Shown here: positions 9,844 through 19,241 of the stretch, piece after piece
How the letters are laid out: the number at the start of each line of letters is the position of its first letter
How positions within the stretch are numbered: the first letter of the stretch is position 1
Source: Acidobacteriota bacterium
GTDB lineage: Bacteria; Acidobacteriota; UBA6911; RPQK01; JAJDTT01
Direction: 5' to 3'
Length of the DNA: 64,000 bases
Assembly: GCA_965209055.1 (NCBI GenBank)
Contig: OZ242374.1
Coordinates: 5,568,001-5,632,000, forward strand
The notes under the pieces: model-generated
Told to the model about the DNA's origin: nothing
The model's input: the letters and a program-made list of their open reading frames with translations, nothing else
Database searches by the model: none
Translations under genes and position numbers: made by a program

Positions 9844-10670
9844 TCTCCACCTCCCGATTCGGACGCTTCGGTAACTCCGGCCTCCTCCGCGGCTGATCCG
9901 TTGCCGGACGAGCCATGGGCCCCGCCGGTATCAGACTGAGTCATGCGGTAGAAGGAATTCTCCAGGGAGCCGTCCTCCATCAATTCCCGGGGACTCCCGT
10001 CGAAGATCATCCGCCCGTCGTGGACGAAGAGCACCCGGTCGGCCACGGCGTCCACCTCCTGCAGAATGTGGGTCGAAATGAGAATCGTCTTGCGCTTGCC
10101 CAGCTCCTGAATGCTGGACCGGAATTCCCGGATCTGGTTCGGGTCCAGACCGGCCGTGGGCTCGTCCATGATCAAGACGTCGGGATCGTGGAGCATGGCT
10201 TGGGCCAGCCCCACCCGCTGCCGGTATCCGCGGGAGAGCTTGCCGATGGGCTTTTCCAGGACGTCCTCCAACGAGAACTGCCGGGTGACACCCGCGATGC
10301 GATTCTCCAGATCGTCACCGGCCAGGCCACGCGCCTCTCCGAAGAAAGTGAGAAGCTCCAATGGCGTCATGTCGAGGTACAGCGGTCCGTTCTCGGGAAG
10401 ATAGCCCAGAATCCGGGACGCCTCGAGCCGGTTCTCGTGGACATTGAGACCACCGATGAGGGCGGAGCCTTCACTGGCGGCCAGATAGCCGGTGAGGATC
10501 CTCATGGTGGTGGACTTGCCCGCGCCATTGGGCCCCAGAAAGGCCACGATCTGGCCTTCCGGAATGGAGAAGCTGATGTCCTCGATGGCGACGAAGGGCC
10601 CGTAGTACTTGCTGAGCCCCTGGGCTTCGATCATGGTGCGGGGAGAGCTTTCCATGTTCTCCTTCCTCAT
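9840..10670 (-). CDS. ABC transporter ATP-binding protein (GldA-like)
   Basis: GPNGAGKST Walker A, LSRGYRQRVG signature, DEPTAGLD Walker B; 4-bp overlap with permease. Confidence 0.93.
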   Translation of the reverse strand: MRKENMESSPRTMIEAQGLSKYYGPFVAIEDISFSIPEGQIVAFLGPNGAGKSTTMRILTGYLAASEGSALIGGLNVHENRLEASRILGYLPENGPLYLDMTPLELLTFFGEARGLAGDDLENRIAGVTRQFSLEDVLEKPIGKLSRGYRQRVGLAQAMLHDPDVLIMDEPTAGLDPNQIREFRSSIQELGKRKTILISTHILQEVDAVADRVLFVHDGRMIFDGSPRELMEDGSLENSFYRMTQSDTGGAHGSSGNGSAAEEAGVTEASESGGGE

Positions 10671-10937
10671 TGATACTTTTCGGCGGTCACGGGCCGGTCA
10701 CTTTCTGTTGTCCACTGGTCATCCGTGGAAGGTGAGTTCGGGTTCACTTGCCGGCAACCAGCCCACTCGTGCAACTTGCAGCGGGGAAGTGTCCCGCGAG
10801 AAAGGATATTCTAGCACCAGATCGTCGGAATCTGTCAATTGCGGCGGCGTCGGCCAGGTCAGTTGTCCGGTCCAGCCGGCAGGCGACCCGGCCGGCTCAG
10901 GAAGCGTGGGGAGCGGGACCCATTGGGGAGGAAGAAG

Positions 10938-12533
10938 ATGAAACACATTCTGACGGCTGTCGGAGTCGTTCTCCTGTCCTCGGCGTGCGATGTCGCGGAC
11001 ATCGTCACTTCCGGCGCCAGGGTCGGCGATCCAAGCGAAACGGTGCCGGGAACCGGACCGCAACTGGGCGTCATCAGTTTTCCCAACAGCGGTGGCGCCG
11101 CCGCCCAGGGGCCGTTCCTGCGGGGCATGCTGCTCCTGCACAGCTTCGAGTACGACGATGCGGCGTCGGCATTTCGCGACGCCCAGGCCGCCGATTCCTC
11201 ATTTGCTTTGGCCTATTGGGGAGAGGCGCTCACGCACTACCGTCCGGTCTGGCACAACGAGAACCTGGATCAGGGGCGGTCGGCACTCGAGAAGGCTCCT
11301 GAGAACCTGACCGTCACCTCGAGGGAGCAGGCTTACCTGGACGCCGCGGCAATCCTGTTCGGCGATGGCGAGCAGGATCCGCGCTGGAAAGATTACTCCG
11401 AGGCCATGGGGCAGCTATCGAGAGACCATCCGGAGGACCTGGAAGCCGCCAGCCTCCATGCCGTGTCCATGTTCGGCGTGACGGGAGGGGAGCGCGACTA
11501 TCGAACGTACATGAAAATCGCATCGATCGGCCAGGAAGTCTTTCGCCGGAACCCCGATCATCCGGGAGCACTGCACTACCTGATCCACGCTTTCGACGAT
11601 CCGGTCCACGCCCCGCTCGGCCTGCCGTACGCGCATCGCTATTCGAAAGTGGCCTCGGCGGCGCCCCATGCTCAGCACATGCCCTCGCATATCTTTCTGG
11701 CTCTTGGCATGTGGGACGAATGCATCTCGTCGAACATCGACTCATGGAACTCTTCCGAAGAGCGCGTGGCGCGGCTGGGCTTGGGAAGCGAGGACCGGGG
11801 CTACCATGCCCTCTTGTGGATGCAATACGCGTATCTGCAAAAGGGAATGCTGGCCGAGGCCCGGGAGAAGTTGTCGATCGTCGAGCAGGATGCCGCCCAA
11901 GCCGACTCGAGCCGGGCACGCAGACACCAGGCCTACATGCGGGCACACTTCCTCATAGACGGGGAACAATGGGCCGCCGACGTGCGGACCGTTGACGACC
12001 AGGATCTCGGCTCCGGGGCCTGGGGTGTGAACGCGCTCACCGAGGGACTTCGCGCGCTCAAGACCGGAGACCTGGCCGGCGCCCGCGAATGGGCGGAGAA
12101 GCTTCAGGCCAAGTCGGACGCCGAAGGCGATGAAGAATCCTCACTGCCGATTGCCGCGTTGGAACTCGAAGGCCTGCTGCAGTTCGAAGACGGAAAGACC
12201 GACACGGCCGTAGCGACGCTTCGCAAAGCCGTTCAGCTCGAGGAGCAGACTCCATTCGGTTACGGACCGCCGCTTCCTCCCAAACCGGCCCTCGAACTGC
12301 TGGGCGAGATCCTGCTGGCAATGGAGCGGGCCGAAGATGCGGTGGAGGCATTCCAGGCGTCCCTGGAGCGCACGCCCCGGCGAGCGCTCTCACTGCGGGG
12401 TCTGAGCCGTGCCGCGGCTGCTGCCGGCGATCAGGAGATCGCCGACCGTGCGAATGCGGAGTTGCGGGACCTGGCGTCGAGGCTGAGCGGCGGTATCCAA
12501 CCGCCGAATTCCCGACAACCGACGGGCGAATGA
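10938..12533 (+). CDS. Secreted TPR-repeat lipoprotein
   Basis: ATG 10938 after GGGGAGG; lipobox-like LSSAC; HPGALHYLIH and HAQHMPSHIF motifs; helical repeats. Confidence 0.75.
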   Translation: MKHILTAVGVVLLSSACDVADIVTSGARVGDPSETVPGTGPQLGVISFPNSGGAAAQGPFLRGMLLLHSFEYDDAASAFRDAQAADSSFALAYWGEALTHYRPVWHNENLDQGRSALEKAPENLTVTSREQAYLDAAAILFGDGEQDPRWKDYSEAMGQLSRDHPEDLEAASLHAVSMFGVTGGERDYRTYMKIASIGQEVFRRNPDHPGALHYLIHAFDDPVHAPLGLPYAHRYSKVASAAPHAQHMPSHIFLALGMWDECISSNIDSWNSSEERVARLGLGSEDRGYHALLWMQYAYLQKGMLAEAREKLSIVEQDAAQADSSRARRHQAYMRAHFLIDGEQWAADVRTVDDQDLGSGAWGVNALTEGLRALKTGDLAGAREWAEKLQAKSDAEGDEESSLPIAALELEGLLQFEDGKTDTAVATLRKAVQLEEQTPFGYGPPLPPKPALELLGEILLAMERAEDAVEAFQASLERTPRRALSLRGLSRAAAAAGDQEIADRANAELRDLASRLSGGIQPPNSRQPTGE

Positions 12534-12667
12534 GCGAACGAGGGAGCGGAGGAACGGACGACTGGAATTCGCCTCTCCCGAGCCGCGCGTTGACTCGGAG
12601 CCTAGGCCGGAAACATACTCTGCTCCGGTCAATCTGACCCTCGTCAACCAAACGGAGGAGAGGATTC

Positions 12668-14404
12668 GTGGCACTGAAATCGGTCTTCGAGAGGCGCCTT
12701 CGCTCAGGTTTCGCAGCACTTTGGATCCTGGTGGGGCCGATGGCGTGCGCTCCGCCTCCGGAAGGCCCGGAGACGGCTGGCTCCGACCCGGACGAGGTCC
12801 GGAGGGCCCTGAAACAGGCGGTGGAATTCTTCCGCACTCGCGTGTCCAATTCCGGCGGTTATCACTTCCGGTACGCCACGGACCTGAGTTATGGACGGTC
12901 CGAGGCGGCTCACGGTCCGACCCAGGTGACGGTGCAGACCAGCGGAACCCCCCTGGTGGGCATGGCCTATCTGAGGACCTACGAGGCCACGGCAGACCCT
13001 TACTATCTGGAGGCGGCCCGGGAAACCGCCCTGTTGCTGGTCCGGGGTCAGCACTGTTCCGGGGGTTGGGACTACATCATCGAATTGGACCCCGAACGAC
13101 GCGGCTCCTACCCCTACCGGGTCGACGGGGATTGTGCCGAGAGGCCGGATTCCGCTCCGAAGGACGGCTCCCCCGGTTCAAGGGCGGCCAGCACGCTGGA
13201 CGACAACGTCACGCAGGGCGCGCTCCGGCTCCTCATGCGGGTGGATCGGGAACTGGAATTCCAGGACGCCGAGATCCACGAGGCGAGCCTCTTCGCCCTG
13301 GATCAACTGGCCCGGGCCCAATATCCCAACGGCGCGTGGCCTCAACGATTTCGGGACGTCGCCGATTCCGGCCTCCCGGCCGCCCGATCCGCCGCGTATC
13401 CCGACTCGTGGCCGCGCGAATGGCCGGGTCCCGACTACCGCCACCACTACACCCTCAACGACAACGCCATCCTGGATGTCATCGACACCTTCCTGGAAGC
13501 GGCGCGAATCTACGGGGAGCCTCGTTACCGGGAAGTGGCCGCGAAGGGAGGCGACTTCCTCCTGCTGGCCCAGATGCCCGATCCCCAACCGGCCTGGGCT
13601 CAGCAGTACGACAGCCGCATGCACCCCGCCTGGGGCAGGATCTTCGAGCCGCCGTCGGTCACCGGTTCCGAGTCTCAGGCCGTCCTGCAGATGCTCCTGG
13701 TGCTGTACCGCGAGACCGGACGGAAGAAATACCTGGAGCCCTTCCCCAGAGCCGTCGAATACCTGCGGAAATCCGACCTGCCTGCCGACGGGCCCTGGCG
13801 GCAGGAAGGCGGTCGATGTGGTCCCGGCGCACTCTGTCTGGCCCGATTCTACGAGCTCGGCACCAATCGCCCCCTCTTCATCACCAAGGGGACCCGGGTC
13901 CGGGTGGAAGCGGGATCCAGCCGGCTGCTGGACGGGTACGAGTTGAGCTATTCGCCGGTGAGCGTCATCCGCCACTACGGCCTCTGGACCGACGGCGGCC
14001 GCCTGGAGCAGGCGGAGCAGGAATACCGGTCGCTGCTCTCCCGGGACCCCTCGGCCATTCGACGTCCGGAGCGCCTCCAAGGCCTCTCACCCTGGCGGGG
14101 GGAGACCGCGTACCCGTCAGGCCCGGAGCTGGCCCGCCTGGCGGGGAGTCTGGTGCGGAGTCTGGACCCGCGGGGGGCGTGGGTCGAGGAGGGATCGGTG
14201 GGCAAGGCCGGCCCGGTGGTTTCTCTCTTCGCCGCCGAAGACATGGTCGTGACCATCGACAACCGGACCATCCCTCTGAACGAGAACGGCAGGCTGACCG
14301 TCTTTCGCGGAGACAAGCCGCCGCTGGAGCGGATCCTCAGCTCCCGGACCTTCGCCCGAAACATCGAGACCTTGGCGGCCTATCTGAGCGAGAGCGGCCG
14401 GTGA
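12668..14404 (+). CDS. Pectate lyase-like protein, polysaccharide lyase family 10 (PelA type)
   Basis: TLDDNVT, AQYPNGAWPQ, YTLNDNAI, WAQQY and ARFYEL motifs; GGAGG RBS; signal peptide ending PMAC. Confidence 0.8.
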   Translation: MALKSVFERRLRSGFAALWILVGPMACAPPPEGPETAGSDPDEVRRALKQAVEFFRTRVSNSGGYHFRYATDLSYGRSEAAHGPTQVTVQTSGTPLVGMAYLRTYEATADPYYLEAARETALLLVRGQHCSGGWDYIIELDPERRGSYPYRVDGDCAERPDSAPKDGSPGSRAASTLDDNVTQGALRLLMRVDRELEFQDAEIHEASLFALDQLARAQYPNGAWPQRFRDVADSGLPAARSAAYPDSWPREWPGPDYRHHYTLNDNAILDVIDTFLEAARIYGEPRYREVAAKGGDFLLLAQMPDPQPAWAQQYDSRMHPAWGRIFEPPSVTGSESQAVLQMLLVLYRETGRKKYLEPFPRAVEYLRKSDLPADGPWRQEGGRCGPGALCLARFYELGTNRPLFITKGTRVRVEAGSSRLLDGYELSYSPVSVIRHYGLWTDGGRLEQAEQEYRSLLSRDPSAIRRPERLQGLSPWRGETAYPSGPELARLAGSLVRSLDPRGAWVEEGSVGKAGPVVSLFAAEDMVVTIDNRTIPLNENGRLTVFRGDKPPLERILSSRTFARNIETLAAYLSESGR

Positions 14405-14420
14405 CGCCGAGGCTCCCGTC

Positions 14421-15881
14421 GTGACCTGGATCGGGGAACACAGCCTCGTCCTGGCGCTCCTGGGGGTCTACACGGCTCTCATGGTCTACCATGCCTGGAT
14501 CGGGCAGCGCCGGACCCGGGGCTGGCTGGACTTCTTCGTCGCCGGACGGTCCCTGGGAGGCGTCACGCTGGGGATCTCGTTTTTCGCCACCTACGCCAGC
14601 ACCAACAGCTACGTGGGTTTTTCGGGACAGGCATACAGCTACGGGCTGTCCTGGCTGCTCCTGGTGCCCTTCGCGGTGGGTTTCACCTGGATGGCCTGGA
14701 TCTGGGTGGCGCCGCGGCTGCGGGAGCGGACCGCCTCGCTGGGGTCGGTGACCATCCCCGACTTCATCGGATTCCGTTTCGCCAGCACTCCGGCCCGGGT
14801 GGGAGCGGCCCTGCTGGTCCTCTTCTCCAGCGTGATCTACATGACGGCGGTCTTCAAGGGCATCGGCAACCTGCTGGAGGCGGTCCTGGAGGTCCCCTAC
14901 TGGACGGCCATCGGAATGGTCCTGGTCGTGGTCATGCTCTACACCGCCGTGGGCGGCTTCCATTCGGTGGTCCGGACCGACGTGATCCAGGGCGGCATGA
15001 TGATCGTCGCCGCCGTGGTGCTCTTCACGGGGACCTGGCGGGCCGCCGGCGGCTGGGAGCCGATCTCCCAGGCCGTGGACCAGGTGCCCTCCTCGGTGGC
15101 GGGACCACTCCCGCTGACTCTCCTGCTGGGCGTCATCTTCGCCACCACCATCAAGGCGTTGGTGGAGCCCCGGCAACTGTCCCGCTTCTATGCCCTGGAG
15201 GACGAACGGGCGGTCCGCCAGGGCACCTGGATCTCCCCGGGAATCTTTCTGCTGGTCTTCAGCCTGCTGACGCCCATCGGGCTGTTCGCGCGACGGATTC
15301 TACCGCCAGGTCTGGAAGACACGGACCGGGTCGTTCCGGCGCTGCTGGCCGGGGGCGAGGTCTTCGGTCCCTTCGTGAGCGCCTTCCTGTTCGTCGCCAT
15401 GGTGTCCGCCGCCATGTCCTCTCTGGATTCGGTGCTTCTGGTGGTGGCCTCCACCTGCGAGCGGGACCTGGTGGGCCTGGTCTGGAAGGGACGCAGCGAA
15501 CGCGCGCGTCTGCAGTCCACCCGCGTCTACGTCGCACTCTTCGCCGTCGTGACCGCCCTGGTGGCATTGAACCCTCCGGGCGGCGTCGTCTCCATCACGG
15601 CGTTCTCCGGGAGCCTCTACGCCGCTTGCTTTCTGCCCAGCCTGCTGTTCGGACTCTACTGGAACCGGGGCAACGGCCAGGCGGTCGTGGCCTCCTATGC
15701 CGCGGGCATCGCCTGCCTGATCCTCTGGCCCCATCTTCCCGAGGGCGCCCTGGTCCACCGCGTCTTCCCGGCAGTGATTCTCTCGACCCTCACCTACGTC
15801 TCGGTATCCCTCCTGACCGCGCCGGCCGTCCCCGTCTCCGATGCCGGGAATTCCGCCGGTTCGTATCGCGGGCAAGCGTGA
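14421..15881 (+). CDS. Sodium:solute symporter family protein
   Basis: Many TM helices; FFVAGRSLG, YTAVGG...VVRTDVIQG, SAAMSSLDS motifs. Confidence 0.92.
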   Translation: MTWIGEHSLVLALLGVYTALMVYHAWIGQRRTRGWLDFFVAGRSLGGVTLGISFFATYASTNSYVGFSGQAYSYGLSWLLLVPFAVGFTWMAWIWVAPRLRERTASLGSVTIPDFIGFRFASTPARVGAALLVLFSSVIYMTAVFKGIGNLLEAVLEVPYWTAIGMVLVVVMLYTAVGGFHSVVRTDVIQGGMMIVAAVVLFTGTWRAAGGWEPISQAVDQVPSSVAGPLPLTLLLGVIFATTIKALVEPRQLSRFYALEDERAVRQGTWISPGIFLLVFSLLTPIGLFARRILPPGLEDTDRVVPALLAGGEVFGPFVSAFLFVAMVSAAMSSLDSVLLVVASTCERDLVGLVWKGRSERARLQSTRVYVALFAVVTALVALNPPGGVVSITAFSGSLYAACFLPSLLFGLYWNRGNGQAVVASYAAGIACLILWPHLPEGALVHRVFPAVILSTLTYVSVSLLTAPAVPVSDAGNSAGSYRGQA

Positions 15882-15919
15882 AAGTCGCCGGCTCCGGCTG
15901 TTAACATCAACCGCATCCC

Positions 15920-17071
15920 ATGAAGGCGCTGCTGCTGGAACGCCCCGGACGGCTCGAGGTGGCCGACGTGCCGGAACCGGAATGCGGGGATCATGACGTC
16001 TTGATCCAGGTCGGTGCGGTCGGCGTCTGCGGCACCGACTTCCACATCTTTCAGGGCGAAGCCAACTACAACTCCGATGGCGAAGGACGGACGATTCCTC
16101 TCTCAGTCCAGCCCCAGATCCTGGGGCACGAATTCTGCGGGACCGTTCTGGAAGCCGGCTCCCAGGTTCGGGACCTGGCGCCCGGTGACCGGGTGGCCGT
16201 GGACCAGGGCCTGAACTGCTACAGCCAGCGGATCACTCCGGTCTGCGAGTACTGTGACGGCGGCGACTCGCACCAGTGCCTCCACTATCAGGAACTGGGC
16301 ATCACCGGCATTCCGGGAGGCATGCGGGAACGGGTGGCGATTCCCGCGGTGAACGCGTTCCGGCTGGAGGGGGAGATGGGTTTCCCCGAGACCGCCCTCT
16401 CGGAACCCTTGGGATGCATCCTCCACGCCCTGGACCGGGTGGTGCGCACGCCCGCCCGCTACATGTTCCAACCGGGCTCCCACGGGTCCCGGCCGATCGA
16501 AAACGTCCTGATCCTGGGCGCGGGACCCGCTGGCCTCCTGTTTCTGCAGAACCTCCGGAGGGAAGTGGGATTCGAAGGGGTCATCCTGGTGGCGGACCGC
16601 GTCCCGGAGAAGCTGAGCCTGGTGAAGCGTTTCGGAGGAACGCCCTTGGACGTGGGACAATCCGACCTGGTGGAGAGGGTTTCCCACCTGACCCGGGGCC
16701 GGAAGATCGACCTGCTCATCGAGGCCACCGGCAGCGGGGCCGCCTTCCGGACCATCTCCTCGCTGATTCGAAAGCAGGGCACCGTGTTGCTCTACGGGCA
16801 TGGGCACCAGGGAACCGATCTCAGCGTCATCAATCTCCTCCTTTTCCTGGAGCCGACGCTGGTGGTCTCGGTGGGGGCCTCGGGCGCGCTGAATCCGGCA
16901 ACCGGGCGGTCCGAGACCACGACCCGGGCCGTGGAACTGATTCAGACGGGTCAGGTAGACGTCCGGTCCCTCATCACCCACCGTTACGCCTCCCTGGAAA
17001 CGGTAAGGGGCGCCTTCGGCGACGACTCCAAAGACGCGGCCTACATCAAGGGCGTCCTGGAAGTTTCCTGA
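15920..17071 (+). CDS. Zinc-binding (MDR-family) alcohol/polyol dehydrogenase
   Basis: GVCGTD, GHE, structural Zn cysteines (CEYC..C), GAGPAG. Confidence 0.9.
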   Translation: MKALLLERPGRLEVADVPEPECGDHDVLIQVGAVGVCGTDFHIFQGEANYNSDGEGRTIPLSVQPQILGHEFCGTVLEAGSQVRDLAPGDRVAVDQGLNCYSQRITPVCEYCDGGDSHQCLHYQELGITGIPGGMRERVAIPAVNAFRLEGEMGFPETALSEPLGCILHALDRVVRTPARYMFQPGSHGSRPIENVLILGAGPAGLLFLQNLRREVGFEGVILVADRVPEKLSLVKRFGGTPLDVGQSDLVERVSHLTRGRKIDLLIEATGSGAAFRTISSLIRKQGTVLLYGHGHQGTDLSVINLLLFLEPTLVVSVGASGALNPATGRSETTTRAVELIQTGQVDVRSLITHRYASLETVRGAFGDDSKDAAYIKGVLEVS

Positions 17072-17098
17072 AAGGAACTCTTGAATCGTTGAAGGGCG

Positions 17099-17120
17099 CG
17101 GGCACGACTCGCCGTGCCCG
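17099..17120. repeat. REP-like palindrome CGGGCACG-N6-CGTGCCCG between convergent genes
   Basis: Perfect 8-bp stem; shares GGCACG/CGTGCC arms with the palindrome at 32665-32686. Confidence 0.55.
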
Positions 17121-17141
17121 TCACCACTCGGCAGGGGGAAC

Positions 17142-18185
17142 CTACACGATCAGCGGCGCTTCGATGGGCTCGTCGGCAGCGTCTTCCAGGCCCAGGTCCT
17201 CCAGGACCAGCCGGCGGATCTGCTTCAATTCCTCTCTCCCTTGGGGCGTGAGCGTGCTCAGAAGGAGTCGGGGCAGGTGGTTTCGCAGCCACTGCCGGAC
17301 GAATTGGCCGGGGACCCCGAGACGGCGGCAGGGCCAGACGATCTTGTCGGCCACCATCCGGGTGCGTTCCAAAAGTCCGAACGAGGAGATCACGGGCTCG
17401 TTGAGGGTGGTCCGGTTGAACACGACGAGGCAGCCGCCGGCCAGCAGGCTCTCCACGGTCACCACCGCCTCGCAGCCGTGCTTGAAATAGGCGTCCTCCG
17501 TCCCCCCGCACAGATCGGGCTCGGTCAGGAAGACCCGCCGGGCAAGGCCTCGGCTGAGAATCTTCAATCCGGAGTGGAAGTCGGGAAATTCCTCCAACAC
17601 CGTGGCGTATTCAAGCCGCAACGGAGCCCCCCGGACCGTGGCCGACCAGGTCAGCGCGTCCAGGAGAACGCGGTCGGCCAACTCCTCCATCTCGCCCCTC
17701 ATGAGGCCCATGGGCCGGTGCCGGCTGATTCTTCGGCCCAGCACCAGGACTTCCAGATCCGGGTCGTGACGGCGCGCGTACTGGGCCGACCGGATCCCGT
17801 TGGCAAGCTCGTGAGGAAAGTGGTCCCCGTCCGCGTCCAGCGCGGCCAGATAGTCATGGCCCCCGTCCTCCAACAAGACCTCCATGCCCTGCCGCACGGC
17901 CTGGAGCTTGCCCTTGTTCCGGCGGCACCAGGTGAGCCGGACCTGGAACCGGCGGGACAGGACTTCGCCCACGTCTCTCCCGTAGGGTTCTCCGTCCACG
18001 CTCAAACAGACGGACTCGGGACGTTCGACCTGGCGGACGCAGGCATCGACGGTGTCCGCCAGCAGGTCGTGACCCACCTGCCGATCCACGCCGGGAGGAA
18101 AGTAAACGGGAATGACGATTCCGGTCGATGTCCGCACCGCCTCCGAGCTGGAGCGGAAGGAGTGGGGTTGGGTCATGTTTGCCAT
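17142..18185 (-). CDS. Glycosyltransferase family 2-like protein
   Basis: GIVIPVY start, NKGK, DADGDH DxD motif, DFHSGLK. Confidence 0.7.
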   Translation of the reverse strand: MANMTQPHSFRSSSEAVRTSTGIVIPVYFPPGVDRQVGHDLLADTVDACVRQVERPESVCLSVDGEPYGRDVGEVLSRRFQVRLTWCRRNKGKLQAVRQGMEVLLEDGGHDYLAALDADGDHFPHELANGIRSAQYARRHDPDLEVLVLGRRISRHRPMGLMRGEMEELADRVLLDALTWSATVRGAPLRLEYATVLEEFPDFHSGLKILSRGLARRVFLTEPDLCGGTEDAYFKHGCEAVVTVESLLAGGCLVVFNRTTLNEPVISSFGLLERTRMVADKIVWPCRRLGVPGQFVRQWLRNHLPRLLLSTLTPQGREELKQIRRLVLEDLGLEDAADEPIEAPLIV

Positions 18186-18271
18186 CCGCGGTGTCGAGCC
18201 TACCGGATGCCGGTCCCTGCCAATCGCCGTTCAGACAAGATTCACAACCGGCAGCGGCCATTGCCCCGGCT

Positions 18272-19213
18272 TCATTCGGACTTGATCCGGAGCAGCTTGA
18301 GCAGCCTCCGGTCCCGGTCGTCGAGCACTTTCCCCGATGCGTCTCCGGCATATTCGTAAAAGCCGGCTCCGCTCTTGACGCCCAGCCGGCCCGACGCCAC
18401 CAAGGTCTCCAGCAGCCGGAGGCCTCCCTGAGCCGCCGACAGGTGAGGGTTCAAGTTCCGGGTGACGATGTTGAAGACGTCCAGGCCGCCCAGATCGGCG
18501 ATCTCCAGGGGCCCCAGCAGCGCCCATCGCATTCCCAATCCGTCCTTCATCGCCACGTCGATCTCGGCGCTCGTCGCGACGCCCTCCTGCACCAGGTGGA
18601 CCGCCTCCCGAACCAGGGCGGCCTGGAGCCGGACGGTGACATATCCGGGGACCTCTTTTTGCACCACGATGGGCCGTCTTCCGATCCGGCGGGCCATGCC
18701 CATGACCAATTCCACGGTCCGGTCCGACGTGGCCTCTCCGGGGATGACTTCCACCAGCGGAATGAGGTGGGCCGGGTTCAGGAAATGGAGACCGGAAAAA
18801 CGCTCCGGCCCCGACACGGCGGTTGCCAATCGCGAGATGCTCAACCACGAGGTGTTGGTGGTCAGGACGGCGTCGGGAGGGCAAATCTCGGCCAATGACC
18901 GGAACAGCCCGATCTTGGCGTCCATATCCTCGACGATGGTCTCGGCCACGAATTCCACGGAGGCCAGATCCGAGAGCTCCAGGGTGGTGTTCAGGCGGGC
19001 CCTGGACTCTCTGCATTCCTCTGCCGTCAGGGCCCCGGACTCCATGAGGATGTGCTGGTTCCGTCGCACCCCGGCCAGACCCCGTTCAATGCCGGCCGCC
19101 GACCGGTTGTACCAGGTGACGTCAAAGTCCGCCTCGGCGAAGAGCTGGGCGATGCCCGTTCCCATTGTGCCCGCTCCCGCGACTCCGACTCTCCTGACCT
19201 GTTCCAAACGCAT
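18272..19213 (-). CDS. 3-hydroxyacyl-CoA dehydrogenase family protein
   Basis: GAGTMG, TTNTS, GLHFLNP, LVEV, GPLEIADLGGLD, GVKSGAGFY. Confidence 0.93.
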   Translation of the reverse strand: MRLEQVRRVGVAGAGTMGTGIAQLFAEADFDVTWYNRSAAGIERGLAGVRRNQHILMESGALTAEECRESRARLNTTLELSDLASVEFVAETIVEDMDAKIGLFRSLAEICPPDAVLTTNTSWLSISRLATAVSGPERFSGLHFLNPAHLIPLVEVIPGEATSDRTVELVMGMARRIGRRPIVVQKEVPGYVTVRLQAALVREAVHLVQEGVATSAEIDVAMKDGLGMRWALLGPLEIADLGGLDVFNIVTRNLNPHLSAAQGGLRLLETLVASGRLGVKSGAGFYEYAGDASGKVLDDRDRRLLKLLRIKSE

Positions 19214-19241
19214 GTTCTCACCTCCGCCGGATCCCGGACCG

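Noticed and set aside
7522-9939. 805-aa plus-strand ORF, and similar long overlaps at 585-2216, 12721-14424, 18462-20156, 41267-42733
   Set aside because: Each overlaps a gene with clear family motifs; composition is typical of GC-rich off-frame translation.
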